A stretch of 64,000 bases of DNA from Flavobacteriales bacterium (GTDB lineage Bacteria > Bacteroidota > Bacteroidia > NS11-12g > UBA955). Positions 8,276 through 18,278 of the stretch are shown here, one piece after another. Under the pieces are notes generated by a model, which did no database searches, was not told the origin of the DNA, and worked only from the letters and a program-made list of their open reading frames with translations. The stretch is from the NCBI GenBank assembly GCA_947496375.1, contig CANMCY010000002.1:127116-191115 (forward strand), in the 5' to 3' direction. The position numbers and the translations under genes are program-made. Position 1 is the first letter of the stretch; each line of letters begins with the position of its first letter.

Positions 8276-11200
8276 GTGAGAAGAATAATTACCGGTTTAT
8301 TACTGCTCGGAAGTCACTCGCTTTTTTCTCAGTTTGTGCAAATTGGCGAGGGTTATTTTCTGGGTACTTTGGCCGGCCCTATGGTCGTTTCTACCTCTGC
8401 AGCAAACTACGGTTGCCGTTTTGCCTATATCTACCCCAAATCGGTGCTGGGCAATTTAAAGCACGGTGACAGCATGGAAAGTATGGAGTTCCTACGCAGC
8501 GCAGGTGCTGCCATTGGCACAGGAACGCAGCTCTCAATCTGGCTGAGAAATACTTCCCGCAGTGATTTCGGCAGCGGACGTATTTCTTTTTCGGGTGAGA
8601 CAACCTCTGCAACTAGGGTTTACAATGCAACACCCGCTTTTGATCTCGGCTCCAATGAAAGTTTTTACCGATTCCCGTTCACATTGGGTAAATATGTATT
8701 TGATACCACACAAGGGGATAACCTGGAAGTGCTCATAGAGTTCTCACAGAGCGTCGCTCAACCGGGAACTGTTAATTTCTATTTTGAAAGCAGCGCGAGT
8801 GTATCCGGCTTCTCGTCCAACCAGACCAAGAGCTTTACGGGGTGGCCTTTGCCCGATAGCTTGGGAACATCTTCCGAATATCACCCCACCGTTATCTTCA
8901 ATTACCCCCGCTTTGATTTTGATGCGGCAGCCATCAAATTGTATACCCTGGGCAAATTGCCTGTACCGTTGGGAAATCCTGACAGTGTGAAAGTGCTGTT
9001 GCGCAATGTGGGCAAAAAAAACCTAAGCGCTGCCCGAGTTAGAACGCTTTTAAAGGGCACCAATACCGGCGCTGACAGCACCACATTCAACCTGAATCGC
9101 GGTGCGCAGCTATTTTTAAATCTGCCCAGTCTGTCGCCATCCAAAAAAGGACTGGATACCGTTCTGTCCATAGCGGTAGATAATAATAGCAGCAATAATA
9201 CTGCCCGTAGCTACCGACAAACCAATGAAAATATTTACAGTTACAGAGATGTGACCCAGCCCCCGTCGCCCGGCGGCATAGGTTTTAACGGCACCACCGG
9301 CGATTTTGTGGCCCGCTTTTTTTCGAACAAAAGCAAGGCCATTAATCAGGTTACCGTGGCTTTCGCCATAGCAGGCCGATCCTTCAGGGTGGGCATTTGG
9401 GACAATAGCGGACGCCGCGGCAGACCGGGCAAACTGCTGTATCAGAGCAATCTGCTGACAACGGTGGCCGGAAATTACATACTTGACCTTACCACTCCGG
9501 TTTCCGTAGCCGGCACATTCTATGTAGGTGTAAGGCAACTGGGCACAAGCAATGTGGCATTCGGTTATCAGGATGAAAATCCGGTACGGCCCAATACGTT
9601 CTTTTATTCAACGCCTACCGGCGATACCAACTGGGTGGATTTTGCTCCCAACGCACCCTTTAAATTCATCATTGAACCCCGCCTTCAGGGTGATACGGAC
9701 TTAACCGCCGTGTCAGCTGATTTCCCCAAAGACAGCATTGACCGCTTTACCATGGATACCATGGCACCCCAGGGAACCATTGCCAATATTGGGGCGAAAA
9801 ACCTGAAAGACAGCTTCAGTATTCGCTGTGAAATCAATGTTTTTGGCAAAAATGTATACAGCCAAACCCTGCGCGACACCCTGTCCTCAGGACGCCGGAA
9901 AACCTACACATTCCCTAAAAAATTCTATCCGCTGGATTACGGTGAACACGAATTGAAAATCATCGTATCCGCAAAGGGTGATTTTATTAACGACAATGAT
10001 ACTGCAACCCGTAAATTCTTCGTCGGGGTGAAAAAAGATGTGATGGTATCGTCCGTTTTTGACCCATACAGCGGGGCCATCTATGAATTCCAGCGAGACA
10101 CTTTCATGCCTGTGGCCACCATTCAGAATCCCGGATACGACAACTCTGTTTCTTTCAATGCACGATGCCGGATTTTGAAAGGAAATACTGTTGTTTATGA
10201 CAAAACCAACACCCTGAGTTTACCCAGGTTTCAAAGCAGAATACTGTCATGGCCCACCTACCGTTGCACAGATACAGGCCGGCTTACGGTATTGTTTACC
10301 ACCGATATGTCCGGCGATAAACAACCCATCAATGATACCCAGCGGGTAAGCATTTTCGTCATAAAATCCTATGACCTTGGGGTGGACAGTGTGGCATCGC
10401 CTATGAAAAACTTTTTCTATCCTGTAGGAAAACCTATCGTTCTGAAGCCCCGGGTTTACAACGACGGTCTGCTGAATATAGGTGCTGCACGTTTGTCGGT
10501 GCGCATCAGTTCTGCTTACACCACAGCGGTTTTCCGCGATACATTTATGTATCCGCTCGCCGGAAAAGATGGCTATGTGGTGAGCATGCCCCGCTCCTAT
10601 ACTCCGTCCAAAAAAGGCATCTACAAGGCGGTTTTCAAGGTATATCATCCGCAAGATTATGTAAAGAGTAATGACAGCATTGTGCAGGACTTTTTTGTGG
10701 GCAATCCCTTTGATTACAGCGCCATATCGGTTAATTATCCCACTGGTAAAGACACCCTTTCTATAGGTGCAGGTCTGTATGCGCCTAAAATGCGAATAGC
10801 CAACCTGGGTTTTGTAAAAAACACGGATGCCGTGCCCTTTGTATGCCAGGTTTGGTATGGAAATACCCGCATTTACCAGGATATCAAAACCACATCTCTC
10901 GACACCGGTCAGGCGTTGGATTTTGATATGATGAAAACCCTAAACCCCATTAATGCCGGTACCTACCGGGTTATCGCCTACACCAATTATGCAGCCGATG
11001 TGAACCGTAAAAATGATACGGCCCTTTCAACTTTCACGGTTGTAATTGGCAAGGATGCTGGCGTGGTGAGCATTGATACCCCAGTTGCCGGACAAAAAGT
11101 GTATGCCCGTGAGACCTATTTCAATGTGCATGCCACCATCAGCTCCAACGCCAGACTGGCTTTGGGGCCTGTTCGTACAACAGCAGAAGTGCTCGCAAAA

Positions 11201-11986
11201 AACAACAGCATAATCAGCCAGGCGTTCCGCCTGGATACCTTAACGCTGGCGAAAATGGAGAAAAAAGTAATCCTGAGAGACCTGTTGTTGCCCGATTCCG
11301 GGAATTACACCCTTCGGGTACGCGTGAGCAGTGCACAGGATCAGAATATGTTGAATGACACGCTCAACACTCCCATACGCGGGGTAAGAAGACACGACCT
11401 GGCCTGGGTGGCGTTTGAAACGCCTACAACCGGGCAGTGGTTGCTCAACACTTCGGGTAATGCAAAACTGAAGGCATCGCTTATTCAGACGGGCGAAGAC
11501 ACCGCGGCTTATAATGGTAAGGCAATCTTTAGGGTGCTGGACAGTAGCAGCGGGTTCGTGTTATTTACCGATACGGGAAATTTCACCACACTTCCCAAAG
11601 GTATGTCGGTAACGGTAGCATCCAACAAGATGTTTCCTTTTGTGATTGCCGGCGCATTTAAGGCAGATGCTGTGCTGGAGCGTTTCACAGACCTGTTCCC
11701 CGAAAACGATACACTGCGCACGCACTTTAGGGTGGTGTATAATGCTGTGAGTACTTTACCGGATGCAGAATTTGTATTGTACCCCAATCCGGGAAATGAC
11801 CGTTTGATGGTAGCGGCCAAACAACCCGTTCAATCCATGATTTTGCGGGATTTGTCCGGTAAAACCGTAAAGACTGAAATAGGAGCAGGACCGTATAATA
11901 CAAATTGTGTGGCCCCGGGTATTTACATCGTAGATCTGCAATTTGCGGCAGGTTCTGCCAAGGCAGTCTGGGTGAAGCGGGATTAA
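8276..11986 (+). CDS. Large secreted adhesin-like protein. It has many CARDB-like repeat domains with recurring NDT/NDS motifs and a T9SS C-terminal sorting domain.
   Basis: GTG at 8276 gives the signal peptide MRRIITGLLLLGSHSLFSQ. The ORF track starts it at a TTG at 8207. The motif ..NDTxxxxFxVG recurs more than eight times. The C-terminus YPNPGNDRLMV...GIYIVDL...WVKRD is a Por_Secre_tail-type C-terminal domain. Confidence 0.8.
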   Translation: MRRIITGLLLLGSHSLFSQFVQIGEGYFLGTLAGPMVVSTSAANYGCRFAYIYPKSVLGNLKHGDSMESMEFLRSAGAAIGTGTQLSIWLRNTSRSDFGSGRISFSGETTSATRVYNATPAFDLGSNESFYRFPFTLGKYVFDTTQGDNLEVLIEFSQSVAQPGTVNFYFESSASVSGFSSNQTKSFTGWPLPDSLGTSSEYHPTVIFNYPRFDFDAAAIKLYTLGKLPVPLGNPDSVKVLLRNVGKKNLSAARVRTLLKGTNTGADSTTFNLNRGAQLFLNLPSLSPSKKGLDTVLSIAVDNNSSNNTARSYRQTNENIYSYRDVTQPPSPGGIGFNGTTGDFVARFFSNKSKAINQVTVAFAIAGRSFRVGIWDNSGRRGRPGKLLYQSNLLTTVAGNYILDLTTPVSVAGTFYVGVRQLGTSNVAFGYQDENPVRPNTFFYSTPTGDTNWVDFAPNAPFKFIIEPRLQGDTDLTAVSADFPKDSIDRFTMDTMAPQGTIANIGAKNLKDSFSIRCEINVFGKNVYSQTLRDTLSSGRRKTYTFPKKFYPLDYGEHELKIIVSAKGDFINDNDTATRKFFVGVKKDVMVSSVFDPYSGAIYEFQRDTFMPVATIQNPGYDNSVSFNARCRILKGNTVVYDKTNTLSLPRFQSRILSWPTYRCTDTGRLTVLFTTDMSGDKQPINDTQRVSIFVIKSYDLGVDSVASPMKNFFYPVGKPIVLKPRVYNDGLLNIGAARLSVRISSAYTTAVFRDTFMYPLAGKDGYVVSMPRSYTPSKKGIYKAVFKVYHPQDYVKSNDSIVQDFFVGNPFDYSAISVNYPTGKDTLSIGAGLYAPKMRIANLGFVKNTDAVPFVCQVWYGNTRIYQDIKTTSLDTGQALDFDMMKTLNPINAGTYRVIAYTNYAADVNRKNDTALSTFTVVIGKDAGVVSIDTPVAGQKVYARETYFNVHATISSNARLALGPVRTTAEVLAKNNSIISQAFRLDTLTLAKMEKKVILRDLLLPDSGNYTLRVRVSSAQDQNMLNDTLNTPIRGVRRHDLAWVAFETPTTGQWLLNTSGNAKLKASLIQTGEDTAAYNGKAIFRVLDSSSGFVLFTDTGNFTTLPKGMSVTVASNKMFPFVIAGAFKADAVLERFTDLFPENDTLRTHFRVVYNAVSTLPDAEFVLYPNPGNDRLMVAAKQPVQSMILRDLSGKTVKTEIGAGPYNTNCVAPGIYIVDLQFAAGSAKAVWVKRD

Positions 11987-12228
11987 GCTTGCAGGGGCGT
12001 AAACCGCTGTACTTCACCCTGCGCTGTGGTCACGGTTTCCAGAAACATGGCAGCAGGCCGCACCCAAAGGGTTCCGGGCGCAATATCCGGAGTTTCATAC
12101 AGTGGTTTGTACACCACCATTTCTTCCAGGGTTTCGCTGTGCAGGGCCATGCCTAATACTTCGTATTCACGGCCTTTGTAGTGGCGGTATTTGCCAGATT
12201 TTACCCGTTTTATAAACTCCATTGCCAA
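11983..12228 (-). CDS. DUF1653 domain protein
   Basis: Conserved YRHYKGREYEVLG core. Confidence 0.75.
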   Translation of the reverse strand: MAMEFIKRVKSGKYRHYKGREYEVLGMALHSETLEEMVVYKPLYETPDIAPGTLWVRPAAMFLETVTTAQGEVQRFTPLQA

Positions 12229-12270
12229 AAGTATGTATTTTCAAGTTTACAAATCCTAAAAAATGGATAA

Positions 12271-12349
12271 TTCCTGTACTCAAGTACAGAAAAAATCAGA
12301 TATTTCTTGTAGTCATATACATAAAAAACCCGTTTTTTCCTGTAGTCAG
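12271..12349. promoter_or_regulatory. Three direct repeats of TTCYTGTASTCA at about 33-bp spacing upstream of the DUF1653 gene. The first copy is part of the palindrome ctgtactcaagtacag.
   Basis: ttcctgtactca at 12271, ttcttgtagtca at 12304 and ttcctgtagtca at 12338. Each is followed by an A/T-rich tract. Confidence 0.4.
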
Positions 12350-12376
12350 CATTTTTTTTTAACGGTTAAATGCATC

Positions 12377-12408
12377 AAAAAACCCGGACAAATTGCCCGG
12401 GTTTTTTT
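12377..12408 (-). terminator. Rho-independent terminator downstream of gap. It looks bidirectional, with an A-run, then the stem aaacccgg/ccgggttt, then a T-run.
   Basis: aaaaaacccggacaaattgcccgggttttttt lies 20 nt after the gap stop. Confidence 0.7.
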
Positions 12409-12426
12409 AAAGATATTTTACTGTGA

Positions 12427-13440
12427 TTATTTAGAAATCAAACCGGCGAAGTGCTTCACGGTGCGCACCAGCTGGCTCACGTAGCTCATTTCGTTGTCGT
12501 ACCAGCTCACCACTTTAATCAGCTGTGCATCGCCAACCGTTACCACTTTGGTCTGGGTAGCATCAAACAGCGAACCATAAGAAATGCCGATAATATCAGT
12601 GCTTACCAGTTCTTCTTCGGTATAGCCAAAACTATCATTGGCAGCAGCTTTCATGGCAGCGTTGATTTCAGCAGCCGATGTTTTCTTTTCGCAAATAACG
12701 GTCAGTTCGGTTACTGATCCTGTAATGGTAGGAACGCGCTGTGCGCCACCATCCAGCTTGCCTGCCAGCTCCGGCAATACCAGGCCAATGGCTTTGGCGG
12801 CACCGGTACTATTGGGCACAATGTTTTGAGCAGCAGCCCTTGCGCGGCGCAAATCATTTTTGGGATGGGGAGCATCCAGGGTGTTCTGGTCATTGGTATA
12901 GGCATGAATGGTGGTCATGCTTCCCGCCAGAATGGTGTATTCATCGTTCAGCACTTTGGCCATAGGAGCCAGGCAGTTGGTGGTGCAGCTTGCACCGCTG
13001 ATGATGGTTTCGCTGCCATCCAGAATATGGTGGTTTACGTTAAAAACAACGGTTTTCAGATCGCCGGTGGCGGGGGCTGAAATTACCACGCGCTTAGCTC
13101 CTGCAGTAATATGAGCTTCGGCCTTGGCCTTATCGGTAAAGAAGCCGGTGCTTTCAATGACTACATCCACTCCATGGGCACCCCATGGAATTTGTGCAGG
13201 GTCTTTCTGGGCATAAATTTTTACCTCTTCGCCATTTACAATGATGCTGTTTTCGGTGTGTGAAACGGTAGCATTAAAACGGCCCTGTGCACTGTCGTAT
13301 TTCAACAGGTGTGCCAGAACCTGTGGGCTGGTAAGATCGTTGATGGCCACCACTTCGATGCCCTGCATGTTATAAATCTCGCGGAAAACCAGTCGGCCGA
13401 TACGACCAAAGCCATTGATGGCTACTTTTACGGTACTCAT
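12427..13440 (-). CDS. gap: Type I glyceraldehyde-3-phosphate dehydrogenase
   Basis: NGFGRIGR, the catalytic [10 protein letters not shown], and overall canonical length and motifs. Confidence 0.95.
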   Translation of the reverse strand: MSTVKVAINGFGRIGRLVFREIYNMQGIEVVAINDLTSPQVLAHLLKYDSAQGRFNATVSHTENSIIVNGEEVKIYAQKDPAQIPWGAHGVDVVIESTGFFTDKAKAEAHITAGAKRVVISAPATGDLKTVVFNVNHHILDGSETIISGASCTTNCLAPMAKVLNDEYTILAGSMTTIHAYTNDQNTLDAPHPKNDLRRARAAAQNIVPNSTGAAKAIGLVLPELAGKLDGGAQRVPTITGSVTELTVICEKKTSAAEINAAMKAAANDSFGYTEEELVSTDIIGISYGSLFDATQTKVVTVGDAQLIKVVSWYDNEMSYVSQLVRTVKHFAGLISK

Positions 13441-13513
13441 GATTTGATAAATAAATTAATGCGGCAAAATTACCGCTTTTTAAGGGGTTTTAAAAACCTG
13501 ATTATGGTCTTGA

Positions 13514-15808
13514 CTATCGCAGCGTCCAGACTGCCTGCAACTGCACACTTCTGGGAGGCCTGATATCACTGGGCCTGCCCACATATTCGCGGTTAAAAAC
13601 GTTGTTTACCTGCAGGTTAATCTTCCAGTGTTGATTGGGTTTAAACGCCAGACGCCAATCGAATACATGGGCTACACCGGCATTGTTCATAGATGCCTGT
13701 ATACCGGTTATAAATATGGGCAAAATACCCCTTGTAAATGCGCCATCAATATTGGTAATGCGGCTATTATACCTGTAACTGATACCCGATTCCCATTTCT
13801 TATATGAGCATTGTACATCCACCCTCACAAGATGCTGATAGCGATATTTCATGAGGTTATTGCTGTCATTGCGGGTATTGATAAAATTTAAAAATAATCC
13901 TGCACTATCGCGGGCATACACATATTCGGGGTTCACTGCCTGTGGACGGGTGTAGGTATATCCGCCTAATAACTGCCAATGGGTTTTTCCTATCTGCCCA
14001 TCGCCCACGGTTTCAAACTCTATGCCTCGGATTCTTCCAATACCCACATTCACACTTTTAAATCCGGGCAAGGTATTTGGATCCCACTGTCCAAAAGAAA
14101 ATTCCATCATGTTATTCAATTCCATTTGAAATACACTTAGGTCGGCAAAGCCACGGAGCCTTCGAATTTTATACCCTTGTTTTATGCCTATTTCAGCGTT
14201 ATTGCCGGATTCCGGCCGAAGATTAGGATTGGAATAAACGGTTAACGGCCCAACTGATGTGGTTACAAACAATTCTGCCATGCTGGGAAAACGAAAACCT
14301 TGTCCGGCGCTGGCACGCAAAAAAGTGGCCCTGCCCGCAGCATAGTTAACCCCGGCCCTGAAAACCGGTTTAGTATAGACATTCTGATTAACGGCATACA
14401 TTTCATAACGACCACCCCCTGATAAATTCCAACGACCTTTTTTATAATCGGCCTGAAAAAAGGCAGCTTGATTCCCTGCCGTCTGGTTCCCGCCAAACAA
14501 TGGCGAATGGGTTTCGGCAAGCATGCCGGCCGCCCCGATTACAATATTTAGGGACTGAAAATGCTGGCTGAGTCTGTATTCACCATAAAGCAGACTGCTG
14601 CCATTACTTTGATCGGTTCCGGCATTGTTTGCCCTAACACTGTTGTCTATGGCCAGATACCTGGCCTGGAATTTATGGGTTGCTTTTTTCCTTTTCCATT
14701 CGGCAAATGGATCTAAATGAATGCGAAAACCCTCATTGTAATTGTATCCATCCTGGAATGTTTCATATCCACGATCATAGCTCTTCCAAAGCAAAAAAGA
14801 ACCGCTATTGGATTGCTGAACACCTGAATTGATGCCATAATTAAGCCCCTTAATTTTTGCCGATGTGTGCTTTAGGCGAATACCCATCCTGCCCCTGTGG
14901 TTGTATTCATGATTTCGGTATCCTTGATCATAAAGCGCATTCCACTGCACTGTAATGCCTGTATTCCCTATCTTTTTTGACCAAAACCCATTTATACCAT
15001 GATTTCCACGGCGACTTTTATTCCATCGCAAACTGTCTCTGCGAGGATAATCATAAACTCCGGCAAAAGCACTTACCCTGGCGTTGTCTTGTTTCTCCGG
15101 TTCTGCACTTCTCAGGTTAACAACACCATTGAGTGCAGATGAGCCATAAAGCACACTGCCGGCGCTTTTTACCACCTCCACAGAAGCCAAATTCTCTACG
15201 GGCAAAAAAGCAAACTGTACCTGTCCGGCATCGGGACTAATCATAGGCAGCTCATCCAGTGTAACCATTACCCTGCTGCCCGCACCGTAACTCCAGCCGC
15301 TGCCGTTGCGGATGTTGACCTGTCCATCACTAATGTTAATTCCGGGCATTTGCTCAAGGATGGTAGACATATCAGCGGTTATTTTATTGTTGATGAGATA
15401 CGGTTTCAACACAGAAACACTCACTGCACTCCGGCTTAATCGGGAGGGTGTTTTGTCTGTGCTGATGATAAACTCATCCATAAATACGGAACGCGGCTGC
15501 AGGGTAAGTTTTACCGTCATTCCAGAAGTGATATCAACAGGAAATAGGGTGTCAAGCGGCAGATGGTTTTTTTGAAATACACGAATTCTACGCAAATCCT
15601 TCTCTACCACAATACGGTCTTCACGCATGCTGAAACTGCGAATCAGCCCCATACTGCTATAGGCAATAAATGAGTCGGGTTTAACCGGATTTCCGTCCTC
15701 TGTTTGAGTTACAACAACAACCTGTGCGTTAAGTTGAAAAACAGCAAAGCAAAAAAGCCACAGAAGTATTATCGAAAAAAATGGATATCTTTTGTATTTT
15801 CGTGCCAT
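13514..15808 (-). CDS. TonB-dependent receptor, SusC/RagA-like, with an N-terminal carboxypeptidase-regulatory-like domain
   Basis: Signal peptide MARKYKRYPFFSIILLWLFCFAVFQLNAQ, a plug region (VKSAGSVLYGSSALNGVVNL), a long beta-barrel, and a C-terminal aromatic residue. The ORF track's extra 49 N-terminal codons are unlikely to be real. Confidence 0.85.
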   Translation of the reverse strand: MARKYKRYPFFSIILLWLFCFAVFQLNAQVVVVTQTEDGNPVKPDSFIAYSSMGLIRSFSMREDRIVVEKDLRRIRVFQKNHLPLDTLFPVDITSGMTVKLTLQPRSVFMDEFIISTDKTPSRLSRSAVSVSVLKPYLINNKITADMSTILEQMPGINISDGQVNIRNGSGWSYGAGSRVMVTLDELPMISPDAGQVQFAFLPVENLASVEVVKSAGSVLYGSSALNGVVNLRSAEPEKQDNARVSAFAGVYDYPRRDSLRWNKSRRGNHGINGFWSKKIGNTGITVQWNALYDQGYRNHEYNHRGRMGIRLKHTSAKIKGLNYGINSGVQQSNSGSFLLWKSYDRGYETFQDGYNYNEGFRIHLDPFAEWKRKKATHKFQARYLAIDNSVRANNAGTDQSNGSSLLYGEYRLSQHFQSLNIVIGAAGMLAETHSPLFGGNQTAGNQAAFFQADYKKGRWNLSGGGRYEMYAVNQNVYTKPVFRAGVNYAAGRATFLRASAGQGFRFPSMAELFVTTSVGPLTVYSNPNLRPESGNNAEIGIKQGYKIRRLRGFADLSVFQMELNNMMEFSFGQWDPNTLPGFKSVNVGIGRIRGIEFETVGDGQIGKTHWQLLGGYTYTRPQAVNPEYVYARDSAGLFLNFINTRNDSNNLMKYRYQHLVRVDVQCSYKKWESGISYRYNSRITNIDGAFTRGILPIFITGIQASMNNAGVAHVFDWRLAFKPNQHWKINLQVNNVFNREYVGRPSDIRPPRSVQLQAVWTLR

Positions 15809-15824
15809 TAACATTGCAATGATA

Positions 15825-16529
15825 ATGGTTAAAAACATCTTTTTTACATGCGTGATTCTTTTCACAGGCTCGTTGTTCTCACAAACATGCATCCCTGATA
15901 AAAACCTCACCAAATCGGGATTTTTACCGGCGGTTTTACCGGCGGCAGTAGTCAATACGCCCTATAATGAAGGTATTTCCGTATTAACTTTTAGGGATAC
16001 ATACACCACGGTTTTGGGTTCTAAGGTGGCAGTAAAGGTTGATTCCATCAAGGTTTTGCGTATCGGAGGATTGCCGGCCGGCTTATCCTATAAATGCCAG
16101 CATCCACGCTGTGTTTTTCTTTGGGATACCGTTCGCTGCATCAGCTTCTTCGGAACCGCCACTCAGGCAGGTTCTTATCCATTAAAAATTTATATTAGGG
16201 CATTTGCCAAGGTTGGCGGATTTACCTCCACTACTCAAAACGACTCTATCAGCTCCTACACCCTGGAAGTTGTTAATAATACAGCATCTGTTTGGAACCC
16301 GGCTTCATCATCGTTTCGTGTTTCTCCAAACCCCGCCAGTGATATAATTACTATTCAGGATGCTCATCAAAATTTAGATTGGTTTATTACGGATGTTTCC
16401 GGCAGACGAATGAATTGTTCAGTTGTTGAATCCTCAAAACAAGCCGTGACTATTTCGGTTAAAAACCTCAAATCCGGGTTATATATCGTAACGGATGGCA
16501 GGCGAAAAGAGAAATTGCTGATTCCCTGA
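15825..16529 (+). CDS. T9SS C-terminal-domain secreted protein
   Basis: Signal peptide MVKNIFFTCVILFTGSLFSQ. The C-terminus FRVSPNPASDIITIQ...GLYIVTDGRRKEKLLI is a T9SS type A sorting domain. Confidence 0.7.
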   Translation: MVKNIFFTCVILFTGSLFSQTCIPDKNLTKSGFLPAVLPAAVVNTPYNEGISVLTFRDTYTTVLGSKVAVKVDSIKVLRIGGLPAGLSYKCQHPRCVFLWDTVRCISFFGTATQAGSYPLKIYIRAFAKVGGFTSTTQNDSISSYTLEVVNNTASVWNPASSSFRVSPNPASDIITIQDAHQNLDWFITDVSGRRMNCSVVESSKQAVTISVKNLKSGLYIVTDGRRKEKLLIP

Positions 16530-16532
16530 TTA

Positions 16533-16961
16533 ATGCCGCCGCTTTTTATTGCAATCCCTCGAAAAAAAGCAGAGCTTCCACAACTGATTGTGGCCGGTTT
16601 TCTGTGTTTTGTGGTCTGGTCCATTCATTATGCCATATTTGGCATGATGGGTGGTTTTATATCACTGCTCATTGCCCTGGTAGTTGTGTTTTTTCTGTAC
16701 CAAAAACTCAGAGGTGATTACTTTGTGAAGGTGGATGAAAATGGAATATCATGGCGGCAAAGCATTGTCTCGAGGTTTATTTTTATTCCTTGGAATTACA
16801 TGATGCGGGTGGATTATCTGGTGTATGAAATCAATTTCCAGATTAAGGAAAGTCGGCAGGTGGTGAGCTTTGCCACCAGCGGACTGGAAGACGAACAGAC
16901 CGATGCACTGAAACAGTATATTTCTGATACCGTAAAAAGGATAAAGGAATCTCCACAGTAA
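16533..16961 (+). CDS. Small membrane protein with two transmembrane helices plus a soluble PH-like or YdbS-like domain
   Basis: Two hydrophobic segments at the N-terminus, followed by a charged C-terminal region. Confidence 0.45.
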   Translation: MPPLFIAIPRKKAELPQLIVAGFLCFVVWSIHYAIFGMMGGFISLLIALVVVFFLYQKLRGDYFVKVDENGISWRQSIVSRFIFIPWNYMMRVDYLVYEINFQIKESRQVVSFATSGLEDEQTDALKQYISDTVKRIKESPQ

Positions 16962-16979
16962 TTATTGTATTTTCGCGGC

Positions 16980-18278
16980 ATGTCTTTTAGGCCCCACTTT
17001 GATTTTGTGGAAGAGTTGCGCTGGCGTGGCCTTTTGCATGATGCCATGCCCGGAACGCAGGATTTGTTAAACAGCGAACAGGTAACCGGTTATTGTGGTT
17101 TTGACCCTACAGCCGATTCTTTGCACATTGGCAACATGGTGCCCATCACCCTCCTGATTTTACTGCAAAAAGCAGGGCATAAGCCCATTGCGCTTGTAGG
17201 AGGGGCAACCGGTATGGTGGGTGATCCCAGCGGCAAAAGTGATGAAAGAAAACTGCTGGATCTGGCTCAAATTGAGCACAACCTGAGCTGCCAGAAACAA
17301 CAGCTGATGAAGTTCCTGGATTTTGAACAGGGTGAAAACCGCGCAGAAATGGTCAATAATTACGACTGGTTCAGTAAGTTTGGTTTTCTAGAGTTTATCC
17401 GTGATGTTGGGAAACATATAACCGTCAATTACATGATGGGTAAAGACAGCGTGAGAAACCGGCTGGAGGGCGGCGGTATGTCCTTCACGGAATTTTCCTA
17501 TCAGCTGGTACAGGGTTATGATTTTTTTCATCTTTTTACCCAAAAAAGTTGTAAGTTACAACTTGGAGGTAGTGACCAATGGGGCAATATCACCACCGGC
17601 ACAGAGCTTATCCGCCGCAAAACAGGGGGCGAGGCATTCGCGATTACCGCTCCCTTAATTACCAAAAGCGACGGCACCAAATTCGGGAAAAGTGAAGGCG
17701 GAAATGTATGGCTGGATAGAAATAAAACATCGCCCTACCGCTTTTATCAGTTCTGGTTGAATGTAGCGGATGAAGATGCCATGCGCTTTATCAAGATTTA
17801 CTCCCTGAAAAGCCGCGGTGAAATAGAAAAACTGATTTCAGACCATACAGGCCAGGAACACCTTCGTCTATTGCAAAAAGCCCTTGCTGAAGAAATGACC
17901 CAAAGGGTTCATTCCTCAGAGGATCTAGCGTTATCCATCAAAGCCACCCATGTGTTTTTTGGAGGGGGAACCCGAGAAGACTTGCTCGCTTTGGATGCCG
18001 AAACCCTCAGCAGCAGCTTGGATGGTATGGAAAAATTTACGGTTGACTGCACCCTGTTATCTGACGGAGTGTCGGTGTTGGATTTACTGTCTCAACACAC
18101 GCAGATATTCCCCAGCAAAGGTGAGGCACGCAAAATGATGCAGGCACAGGCGGTTTCCATTAATAAAGAAAAGTATACCGATATCAATGGCAGTGTTGAC
18201 AGCAGTTTCCTCTTACATGGCAAATACCTGCTCATACAAAAAGGTAAAAAGAACTACTTTGTGATTGAGGTAGTTTAA
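16980..18278 (+). CDS. tyrS: Tyrosine--tRNA ligase
   Basis: HIGN, which is the HIGH motif. KFGKS, which is the KMSKS motif. A C-terminal S4-like domain. The ORF track starts at a TTG at 16965, and the ATG at 16980 is more likely. Confidence 0.95.
   Translation: MSFRPHFDFVEELRWRGLLHDAMPGTQDLLNSEQVTGYCGFDPTADSLHIGNMVPITLLILLQKAGHKPIALVGGATGMVGDPSGKSDERKLLDLAQIEHNLSCQKQQLMKFLDFEQGENRAEMVNNYDWFSKFGFLEFIRDVGKHITVNYMMGKDSVRNRLEGGGMSFTEFSYQLVQGYDFFHLFTQKSCKLQLGGSDQWGNITTGTELIRRKTGGEAFAITAPLITKSDGTKFGKSEGGNVWLDRNKTSPYRFYQFWLNVADEDAMRFIKIYSLKSRGEIEKLISDHTGQEHLRLLQKALAEEMTQRVHSSEDLALSIKATHVFFGGGTREDLLALDAETLSSSLDGMEKFTVDCTLLSDGVSVLDLLSQHTQIFPSKGEARKMMQAQAVSINKEKYTDINGSVDSSFLLHGKYLLIQKGKKNYFVIEVV

Noticed and set aside
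12229-12426. tRNA or small RNA gene in an intergenic region. I also considered 63749..64000.
   Set aside because: I found no cloverleaf-compatible inverted repeats or conserved tRNA boxes. The region is explained by a terminator plus promoter repeats.
12263-12484. 73-aa ORF spanning the gap/DUF1653 intergenic region
   Set aside because: Its repeated SCT/SCS peptide pattern is just the translation of the DNA direct repeats. It also overlaps the gap 3' end and a terminator.
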